A stretch of 33,659 nt of DNA, from contig JBBQMV010000001.1 of assembly GCA_038329315.1 (NCBI GenBank), forward strand, positions 1-33,659. The letters are read 5' to 3'. The stretch comes from Bdellovibrionia bacterium (lineage in GTDB: Bacteria > Bdellovibrionota > UBA1018). This document shows, one piece after another, positions 26,004-33,092 of the stretch; the first letter of the stretch is position 1; each line of letters starts with the position of its first letter. A program made the translations under genes and the position numbers. The notes under the pieces are model-generated. The model made no database searches. It was not told the DNA's origin and was given only the letters and a program-made list of their open reading frames with translations.

Positions 26004-26563
26004 GCCTGGATTCGAGGATACGGATCAAGAAACGAGAAGCACGGACTCCGGTAGCTCTTCTCGAGATCGAGGAGCCAGAGTTTAAAGCGCAGTTCGAGAT
26101 CGGTCGGATCGGTCGTACCCATGAATCCGCCGATCGTTTTGTCGGAAACGACTCGGTGACACGGAACGAGAATCGGAAACGGATTTTTACTGAGCGCCTG
26201 TCCGACCGCGCGCGCGGCGAGCGGACTTCCCATCTTCTTCGCCACCCAGGCATAGGTGCGCGTTTCGCCATGCGGAATCGCCAGCGTCGCTTCGTAAACT
26301 TTTCTTGCGAATTCAGTGAGTGCGGACGCGTCGAAGAGATCCCAGTGAAGCGGAAGTAGCGGTGCGCCATCTCGGAAGAAACCTTGGAGATCGCGCAGTA
26401 TGGCGGCGACACCGTACGGAGGTTGAAGATTTTCGCCCAGGAGTGGCGCGATCGATTCTTCGTTCCAAGCGACGCGCGTTAAGCGACCGCTTTCATTCCA
26501 ATAAAGATCGAAGTGAAAGGTGGTGTCGTCGATCGTATTTTCGATCCGAAATCGATTCGCCAT
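25988..26563 (-). CDS. ogt: methylated-DNA--protein-cysteine methyltransferase
   Basis: Active-site motif ILVPCHRVV. Start taken as the ATG at 26563 (MANRFRIE..., G-rich RBS-like run upstream); the ATG at 26605 is the alternative. It overlaps the start of the downstream GT87-like gene by 16 nt. Confidence 0.85.
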   Translation of the reverse strand: MANRFRIENTIDDTTFHFDLYWNESGRLTRVAWNEESIAPLLGENLQPPYGVAAILRDLQGFFRDGAPLLPLHWDLFDASALTEFARKVYEATLAIPHGETRTYAWVAKKMGSPLAARAVGQALSKNPFPILVPCHRVVSDKTIGGFMGTTDPTDLELRFKLWLLDLEKSYRSPCFSFLDPYPRIQACAHA

Positions 26564-26737
26564 ACGCCCCCGTTTAGGTTCGTCGAAAATCTGAGGCATT
26601 CGCACTCAGTTTTCAACCCAGATCGTAACCCAAGATGACCGTGTGTGACAACGGATAGCGCTAACTCAGTGCGTGAAACCCCAATGTTTCCGCTTGCTTA
26701 TGCTCTCTGCGGTGGGTAGGTTCCGCGCACTTAAAAG

Positions 26738-28501
26738 ATGAGTTCATACGTCGTCCTCGCACGCAAATGGCGCCCTTCGCAGTTCTCCGATATCGGTGGT
26801 CAGGGCCCCGTGGTTCGCACTCTGATGAACGCGATTCAGTCGGATCGTATTCATCACGCTTACCTCCTCACCGGCTCCCGCGGGATCGGAAAAACCTCGA
26901 TTGCTCGGATTTTCGCGAAGTCCATTCGCTGCCCGAACGCTAAGTGGGATGGTCAGTGGCTCCGGAGTTGTAACGAATGCTCCAGCTGCCGCGAGATCGC
27001 CGCCGGGAACTCCGTCGACGTCATCGAAATCGACGGCGCTTCGAATAACGGCGTCGATGCCGTCCGGGAAATCCGGGAGAGCGTAAAATTCATGCCATCT
27101 TCCGGTTCACGGAAGCTCTACATCATCGACGAAGTTCACATGCTGACGACGGCCGCTTTCAACGCGCTCCTGAAGACACTCGAGGAACCGCCGGCTCACG
27201 TCATCTTCGTCCTCGCGACGACCGAGCCACACAAAATTCCGGGAACGATCCTCTCCCGCGTTCAGCGCTTCGACTTGAAGCGGTTCACGCCAGCTCAGAT
27301 CCAAATCCGGCTTGAGGAAGTTTCCAAAGGGGAAGAAATCACCGTCGAACCCGCTGCCCTCGCTCTCCTTTCGCGCGCCGCCGACGGATCGATGCGGGAC
27401 GCCCTCTCTCTTTTCGATCAAGTCATCGCGTACGCCGGTAAGAAAATCACTGCGGTCCAGGTCCGCGACTCGATCGGACTTATCGAGAGCCAAACCCAAC
27501 TTGGAATCCTGCGCGGAATCTTCACGCGGGACGCGAAGGGCGCGATCGAACTCGTCGGCGAAGCCTACCGTGCCGGACACGAACTAAAACTTCTCGCGAA
27601 GAACCTCCTCGAGTACCTCCATGCCGCGATTCTGATTAAAATCGGCATCGAATCGACAGGGCTTGAACTTTCGGCGGACGAAATCGCCGAACTGAAGAAA
27701 ATCGCTGCAAATCGCGAACTCGAAGAAATCGAACTCTTTTTTCAAGCTTTCCAAAACGGAATCGAGTGGATCGCCCGCTCGCCGCAGCCAAAACTAGTTC
27801 TCGAAGTTCTCATCGTGAAGTGTGCTTCTGCGGAATCGCTCATTTTAATGTCGGGCCCGATTTCTGGAAAAGGCGGCACCGGAACCGCCGGAGGTCGTAC
27901 ACCGACCGCTTCGGGCAACCCAGCTTCTGCAACCCCAGTGGCTCCCGTCGAAAAGAAAATGGGCGATCTTCCGAAAGCCGGTCTCCTCTTCACGGGCTCT
28001 TCGCCTATCGCGCTAAAAAACGCAGCCGAAACCATCGCAAACTCCATTTCGAATTTAGGCGCTAGCCGGGTACCCCAGGGCCCGAAGACGTTCGAAGGGT
28101 TTATCGGCCACGTCCGGGCTTCCCGCCCGGCGATTGCGAATGCGCTCGAAAACGCCGTTTGCGCGAGCTTCCCGACGACGAATGAAATCGAATTTATCGT
28201 CGCCTTCTCGCCTGAGAACGATGCGCTTTATCACGGTCTTCTCACGAGCAATGCCGCACTCGCGGAATTCCAGAAGTTCACGCTCGAGTATTTCGGCGTC
28301 GTGAAGCGGATTCTGGTCGAAGTGCGTGAAATGGCCGAACTTTCCCTCGCGGTCCGCCGCGAAAACGACTACGCATCCCGCGAGAAAACCGCGAAGGACG
28401 CCGCCGCCAATCATCCGCTGATCGCCGAAGCCCGTGCACTTTTCGGCGGTGAGCTCGGGCCGATCGAACTTTCGAGTAACGACGAAGGAGAGAAGAAATG
28501 A
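26738..28501 (+). CDS. dnaX: DNA polymerase III subunit tau (gamma/tau)
   Basis: LARKWRP..F.D..GQ, Walker A GSRGIGKTS, a Zn module CNECSSC, DEVHML, and SR-x-Q. A Gly/Pro/Thr-rich linker is followed by a C-terminal domain. 587 aa. Confidence 0.95.
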   Translation: MSSYVVLARKWRPSQFSDIGGQGPVVRTLMNAIQSDRIHHAYLLTGSRGIGKTSIARIFAKSIRCPNAKWDGQWLRSCNECSSCREIAAGNSVDVIEIDGASNNGVDAVREIRESVKFMPSSGSRKLYIIDEVHMLTTAAFNALLKTLEEPPAHVIFVLATTEPHKIPGTILSRVQRFDLKRFTPAQIQIRLEEVSKGEEITVEPAALALLSRAADGSMRDALSLFDQVIAYAGKKITAVQVRDSIGLIESQTQLGILRGIFTRDAKGAIELVGEAYRAGHELKLLAKNLLEYLHAAILIKIGIESTGLELSADEIAELKKIAANRELEEIELFFQAFQNGIEWIARSPQPKLVLEVLIVKCASAESLILMSGPISGKGGTGTAGGRTPTASGNPASATPVAPVEKKMGDLPKAGLLFTGSSPIALKNAAETIANSISNLGASRVPQGPKTFEGFIGHVRASRPAIANALENAVCASFPTTNEIEFIVAFSPENDALYHGLLTSNAALAEFQKFTLEYFGVVKRILVEVREMAELSLAVRRENDYASREKTAKDAAANHPLIAEARALFGGELGPIELSSNDEGEKK

Positions 28502-29127
28502 ATAACTCAGGATTCTCCGGAGCCCAGAAGAGTGACCCAGTTTCGAAACTGATCTTCGAACTCTCAAAACTTCCGGGCATCGGCGAAAAAACCGCCACCC
28601 GCCTCACCTACTTTATTCTGAAGCAAGACGCGTCCTACGCGGCGTCGCTGGCAGAAGCACTCGTATCGGCGAAATCAAAAGTCGGCCTTTGCACACTTTG
28701 CTTTACCTTCACGGATTCGGATCCATGCCGGACGTGTTCCGACATCACTCGCGACCGCGCGATGATTTGTGTCGTCGAGCGTCCTTCGGACATGAACTCG
28801 ATCGAAATGTCAGGAACTTTTCGCGGCGTCTACCACGTTCTCCACGGAGCTCTTTCTCCACTCGACGGGATAGGTCCGGACGAACTAAAAATTCGCGAAC
28901 TCCTCGACCGCATCCGCGCACCGGTCGCACCGATCCGCGAAGTTCTACTCGCGATGAATCCGAGCGTCGAAGGCGACGCTACTTCGCTTTACCTGACCCG
29001 ACTCATTCGCCCTCTTGGCGTACGTATCACCCAGCTTGCTCACGGAATTCCGATGGGCGGGCAACTCGAATACACCGACCGACAAACCATCGGTAAGGCG
29101 ATCGAGAATAGAATGGAGATGCGTTAA
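28498..29127 (+). CDS. recR: recombination protein RecR
   Basis: HhH motif LPGIGEKTATRL, a Cys4 zinc finger CTLC...CRTC, and a Toprim region. ATGA overlap with the dnaX stop. Confidence 0.95.
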   Translation: MNNSGFSGAQKSDPVSKLIFELSKLPGIGEKTATRLTYFILKQDASYAASLAEALVSAKSKVGLCTLCFTFTDSDPCRTCSDITRDRAMICVVERPSDMNSIEMSGTFRGVYHVLHGALSPLDGIGPDELKIRELLDRIRAPVAPIREVLLAMNPSVEGDATSLYLTRLIRPLGVRITQLAHGIPMGGQLEYTDRQTIGKAIENRMEMR

Positions 29128-29130
29128 AAC

Positions 29131-29724
29131 GTGAGCTTCATCAACTACTCCACCAAAGAGGTGAACTGTAAGATCGTTTACGTCGGTACCGGGCTTTCCG
29201 GTAAGACGACGAACGTCCAGTACATCTACGAACAGACGGCGCAAGACCTGCGCGGGAAGTTCTTCGCCGGAAACACCGAAAACGAGCGGACGCTCTTTTT
29301 CGACTTCCTGCCTTTAGGAGTCGGCGACGTGCGCGGATACAAAACGCGCTTCCACCTCTACACGATTCCCGGCCAAACCTTTTACGAGGTTTCGCAGCAG
29401 TTCATCCTGAAGGGTGTCGACGGTGTGATCTTCGTCGTCGATAGCCAGGCCGAACGGATGGAATCGAACTTAGAAAGTTTTGAAATTTTGACTCGGAACC
29501 TGGAACGCCAAGGTTACGACCCGAATAAACTCCCGCTCGTATTTCAGTATAATAAGCGGGATTTACCAAGCGCGCTTCCAGTCAAAGAGTTAGAACAAAC
29601 CTTCAACCCCGGTCGCAAACCGTCTTTCGAGGCGGTTGCAAGTCGGGGGGACGGGGTGATGGAGACGCTTCAATCGATCACGCAGTGGGTGATCCGTGAA
29701 CTTAAAGGGGGAGAAAAACCATGA
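29131..29724 (+). CDS. mglA: Ras-like polarity GTPase MglA
   Basis: Collinear with MglA over its full length: MSFINYSTKEVNCKIVYVGTGLSGKTTN..., ERTLFFDFLP, RFHLYTIPGQTFY, QYNKRDLP. GTG start 3 nt after the recR stop. G21, R53 and Q82 fall in the Myxococcus/Thermus numbering register. Confidence 0.9.
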   Translation: MSFINYSTKEVNCKIVYVGTGLSGKTTNVQYIYEQTAQDLRGKFFAGNTENERTLFFDFLPLGVGDVRGYKTRFHLYTIPGQTFYEVSQQFILKGVDGVIFVVDSQAERMESNLESFEILTRNLERQGYDPNKLPLVFQYNKRDLPSALPVKELEQTFNPGRKPSFEAVASRGDGVMETLQSITQWVIRELKGGEKP

Positions 29725-30131
29725 GAAAAGAAACTCTGAATCGGTTTAAGAAGATGTTCGTGGCGGAGAAGCGGAAGCTACTTTTCGCGGATAAGATTCT
29801 TCGGGATGAATTTAGCGTAAACGCAGACGATCGTTTCGACGAGATCGACCAAGCGACGACCGATGCCGAACAGGCGATGCGGATGCGCCTTTGTAACCGT
29901 GAAACCCTCTACTTGAAAAAAGTCGACGACGCCCTCGCTCGTATCGAAGAGGGAACGTTCGGCCTTTGCGAAGTTTGTGAAGAAGATATCGGACTGAAGC
30001 GCCTCGAAGCGCGGCCGACGGCTACTCACTGCGTATCGTGTAAGGAAGATCAAGAGCGACGCGAATTTCACACGGCAGCTGGTCTCACTCACAAATCACT
30101 CGGTGAAACATTCTCGAAAAAATACGCATGA
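29721..30131 (+). CDS. DksA/TraR-family C4 zinc-finger protein (paralog A)
   Basis: CEVC-x17-CVSC zinc finger, with LEARPTATHC as in DksA. A coiled-coil region contains a DxxDxA tip motif (DEIDQA, residues 40-45). A strong RBS (GGGGGAG) lies upstream, and the ATG overlaps the mglA stop (ATGA). Confidence 0.85.
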   Translation: MRKETLNRFKKMFVAEKRKLLFADKILRDEFSVNADDRFDEIDQATTDAEQAMRMRLCNRETLYLKKVDDALARIEEGTFGLCEVCEEDIGLKRLEARPTATHCVSCKEDQERREFHTAAGLTHKSLGETFSKKYA

Positions 30132-30493
30132 ACGGAATCCGTCTTGCGATAGGGGTCCTCGGCTTGATCGCCACTCTGGCGATCGCCGCGGATCCCGCGC
30201 CTTCTCCGCGCCCAGTCACGAGCACAGTGGTACCGTTCGTTCCCGAGCGGTGTGCCGCTCCGTGCATGATGCGCGAAAGCTCCGGGAAGTGCGACGCGAC
30301 GGGAAGCGAGACGTGCGGTATCGGATATGCCTGCGTTCCACGCTGCATTCTGAGGAAGGCCGATGGGAGCTGCCAAACCTACACCGCGGATTATTGCGGA
30401 TCTGGTGCGACTTGCGAATCTCGATGCCTGAACCGAAGCCCCGAAGGAACTTGCACGACGTTCGATAGTGACGCGTGCTCGACTCACCTTTAA
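30128..30493 (+). CDS. secreted cysteine-rich repeat miniprotein (121 aa)
   Basis: The ATG overlaps the stop of the dksA-like gene (ATGA). Signal peptide MNGIRLAIGVLGLIATLAIA|ADP, then a Pro-rich linker, then 12 Cys with exactly periodic spacing (C-x3-C-x8-C-x7-C-x5, repeated). Competing ORFs in other frames lack these features. Confidence 0.6.
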   Translation: MNGIRLAIGVLGLIATLAIAADPAPSPRPVTSTVVPFVPERCAAPCMMRESSGKCDATGSETCGIGYACVPRCILRKADGSCQTYTADYCGSGATCESRCLNRSPEGTCTTFDSDACSTHL

Positions 30494-30507
30494 TTCGGAC
30501 AATTTCC

Positions 30508-30528
30508 TGACGGCAAAATTTGCCGTCA
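30508..30528. promoter_or_regulatory. perfect 21-bp palindrome between the Cys-rich ORF and the ATPase gene
   Basis: TGACGGCAAAATTTGCCGTCA is perfectly self-complementary about the central A. It lies 15 nt after the stop at 30491-30493 and 75 nt before the GTG at 30603. Confidence 0.35.
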
Positions 30529-30602
30529 TTAAAAATTCTATCTCCTAAATTTCCCCTTGGATGCGAGAATAGAGACTCCTCTTTCTTCAACCGGGAGTCA
30601 TC

Positions 30603-31826
30603 GTGAGCGCCAATAGAAACGTCTACGACCTCATAGTGCGTCCTGGACGGCCGAACACGGTTCAGGAAATCGTAGATTTTTTAATCATCAACGCCTTAAA
30701 AACGAAAGCCAGTGACATTCACCTCGGACTTTCGAGTCAGGGCGGCCCGGGCGGCCTCGCCTATATGCTTCGTTTCCGCGTTCACGGAAAACTCCAAGTC
30801 GTTCGGACGGAGTTCATCGGCACGAACCACAAAGAAATCATGACTCGCTTGAAAGTGCTCGCCGGAATTTCCACGACGGAAATCGGCACGCCCCAAGACG
30901 GCATGATCAATATGAACACTCCCGAGGGGACGCTCGTTTTACGATTGAGCTTCATTCCAAGTCCGGAAGGCGACGAAGTCGTGATCCGGGTCCAACGTGC
31001 CCAAAAAATTCCGCCTCCCGAACAGCTCGGAATGACCGGCGATATGCTGAAGCACATCCAAACCCTCCTCCAACAAAAGTCCGGATTAATCGTCGTAAAT
31101 GGCCCAGCCGGGAGCGGAAAAACCACCACGATTTATTCACTGATCGCAGCAATCGCATCGGCCGAAAAGAAAATTTTAACGGCTGAAGATCCGATCGAAC
31201 TGCGGCTTCCATACGTGAGCCACACCGCCGTCGGTCGTAACACGAGTTTCGCCCAGCTTTCGAAGGCCTTCATGCGCCAAGACGCCGATGTCATCTTTAT
31301 CGGCGAGGTACGTGACCCGGAATCGGCCGAAGCCGCGGTCCAGCTCGCCCAAACGGGACACCTCGTCTTTACTACGCTTCACACTCGAGACGCGCTCGGA
31401 GTCATTCCGCGCCTCGAAGCGTTCGGCATTCACCCGAACTTTATCGCCAGTACGCTCATCGGTTCACTCGCCCAGCGTCTCGTTCCGAAACTCTGTTCAA
31501 AATGCCGAGTTGAAGACGAGGTAGATGAACCTACCCAGTTCTATATGAAATCGATATTCCCGATGTTTCAAGGAACGAAGCTCCGGAGGGCCGGGTCCGG
31601 CTGTCCGGACTGCACGGGCGGTTACCTCGGCCGAATTCCGATCTACGAACTTCTCACCCTCTCCCCAAAGATTTCCGATTTGATCAATCGGCGAGCTTCA
31701 CAAAAAGACCTTCTCGAAGCGGCCCGTGAGGGCGGGATGCTGACGCTCGGCCAAGAGGCGCTGATCCGAGTTTACTCAGGTCACGTCGACTTCAATTCCG
31801 TAAAGGGCTATATTTCCGGTTCGTAA
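30603..31826 (+). CDS. PilB/GspE-type (type II secretion / type IV pilus) hexameric ATPase, short form
   Basis: Walker A GPAGSGKTTT, Asp box EDPIE, Walker B DADVIFIGEVRD, His box TGHLVFTTLHT, and a tetracysteine CSKC...CPDC as in PilB/GspE (absent from PilT). GTG start preceded by GGGAG with a 5-nt spacer. At 407 aa it lacks the long N-terminal GSPII-type domains. Confidence 0.9.
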   Translation: MSANRNVYDLIVRPGRPNTVQEIVDFLIINALKTKASDIHLGLSSQGGPGGLAYMLRFRVHGKLQVVRTEFIGTNHKEIMTRLKVLAGISTTEIGTPQDGMINMNTPEGTLVLRLSFIPSPEGDEVVIRVQRAQKIPPPEQLGMTGDMLKHIQTLLQQKSGLIVVNGPAGSGKTTTIYSLIAAIASAEKKILTAEDPIELRLPYVSHTAVGRNTSFAQLSKAFMRQDADVIFIGEVRDPESAEAAVQLAQTGHLVFTTLHTRDALGVIPRLEAFGIHPNFIASTLIGSLAQRLVPKLCSKCRVEDEVDEPTQFYMKSIFPMFQGTKLRRAGSGCPDCTGGYLGRIPIYELLTLSPKISDLINRRASQKDLLEAAREGGMLTLGQEALIRVYSGHVDFNSVKGYISGS

Positions 31827-31835
31827 AAAAGCGAA

Positions 31836-31865
31836 CCGCCGAACGTCGTCCCTTACGTTCGGCGG
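31836..31865 (-). terminator. strong hairpin terminator, with a T-tract only on the minus strand
   Basis: Perfect 11-bp stem CCGCCGAACGT (31836-31846) / ACGTTCGGCGG (31855-31865) with an 8-nt loop. On the minus strand it is followed by TTCGCTTTTTTAC. On the plus strand it lies 10 nt after the ATPase stop but is followed by CCCTGGC. Confidence 0.55.
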
Positions 31866-32062
31866 CCCTGGCTGTAGCGGAGCGCCAGCAGTTGCCTGCG
31901 GCTGCGTCCGTCGTAATCACCTCAAATATTCTGCCCCAACGTCCCCTTTGTGACAGAGCCTGCGGTGATCAACGCCTTTCATACTTCCATGATGATTCAG
32001 AGTTTTTCACTTCCGTGTGGGTCTACCCGTCATCCGTAACGGCCAGACCGTAAGGAAGAGAA

Positions 32063-32473
32063 TTACGCGAACTTGATCTGACGACCGACGCTCTTATGCG
32101 AATGACCGTCGATGTGAAGCTTCTCGGTCCGTTCAGCCGTTTCCTTACAAGCTACGCAGAGCGTAGTCGTCGGGCGCGCTTCGAGACGGCGGAGCTCGAT
32201 GTCCTCTTCGCATTCGTCGCACTGACCGAACGAACCGGTTTGAATGCGATCGAGAGCCTCTTCGATCTTTTTGAGGTAGAGCGCTTCACGCGTTGCGAGA
32301 CGCATCCTCATTTGGTTTTCGATTTCGAACGAAGTGAAGTCCACTTCATCCATCAGATCGTCGGTCTGCATCGCGAACTTGTCGTTCGCCGCGCGACCAG
32401 AAAAGAGCAACCGGCTCTTTTCGTTTTCGAAGAGGGACTTAAACTTGGCTTGAAATTCGGATGAACGGATCAT
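32063..32473 (-). CDS. DksA/TraR-family C4 zinc-finger protein (paralog B)
   Basis: CDEC-x17-CVAC, LEARPTTTLC. Same length (136 aa) as paralog A and roughly half identical to it by eye. Its tip motif reads DEVDFT (DxxDxT). Confidence 0.85.
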   Translation of the reverse strand: MIRSSEFQAKFKSLFENEKSRLLFSGRAANDKFAMQTDDLMDEVDFTSFEIENQMRMRLATREALYLKKIEEALDRIQTGSFGQCDECEEDIELRRLEARPTTTLCVACKETAERTEKLHIDGHSHKSVGRQIKFA

Positions 32474-32620
32474 GACTTACTCCTGCTACTGGTTTTCCCG
32501 ATCGATCACTCGATTGCCGAGTGCGGCTCATCATTTCCTGATCGATTTGTGGGAATAGGCATCTAGCCTGTTAGGGGTGTCCAAAACGAACGACGGACGG
32601 ATTCTTCAATCTTTGAGTGC

Positions 32621-32827
32621 CTACGGTTTCAGAGAAACAGCGTAGGCATATTCAGGATCTTGGAAATCGTACCGGGCTGCGGGACCAAACACAGACCAGA
32701 ACAGAGCAAGCACACGAGCGGCGCTTTGGTAGGGAGCTACGTAGAAAGGTTCTTCAAGTTGACCTACGTTCGCGTTTGCGACGTTAGCCTTCTTCACTTT
32801 TGTGGATTCGTTGATAAGCGTATTCAT
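32621..32827 (-). CDS. hypothetical small protein (68 aa)
   Basis: The internal ATG at 32827 is preceded by AAGGAAGGG with a ~7-nt spacer. The longer track ORF (to 32959) has no such signal. No recognisable family. Confidence 0.45.
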   Translation of the reverse strand: MNTLINESTKVKKANVANANVGQLEEPFYVAPYQSAARVLALFWSVFGPAARYDFQDPEYAYAVSLKP

Positions 32828-33092
32828 AACGATTCCCTTCCTTTCCAGAGAGGGGTTGTTTTCCCTCTCACAGCCTCCACTGACTACTATTGCGAGCGGT
32901 GTGCCAGTGGTTTGGACATGCAAAAAACCGAATGTTTTCGCGAATTCCGAGCGCACCATTTCGGTCGAATTCCGCCGAAACCACGTAAAAAGGACTCTTC
33001 TGGGTCTTCTCGGCCCTGGTTTTTCAGACAGGGAATGTCACTTGGGACATAGTGATACCGCCAATTTTTCAACGCTTTCGCCGCGTACAGAA

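Noticed and set aside
26606-26737. SRP RNA (ffs) upstream of dnaX, as found in several bacteria
   Set aside because: I found no GGAAGGAAGCAGCC-like helix-8 core or its complement, only a weak 6-bp pairing (CGCACT/AGTGCG).
30089-30590. Alternative ORFs across the Cys-rich gene region: 30103-30468 (+), 30089-30529 (-) and 30216-30590 (-)
   Set aside because: They lack start-codon context, a signal peptide and any periodic feature. The 30128 frame has ATGA coupling, a signal peptide and exact Cys periodicity.
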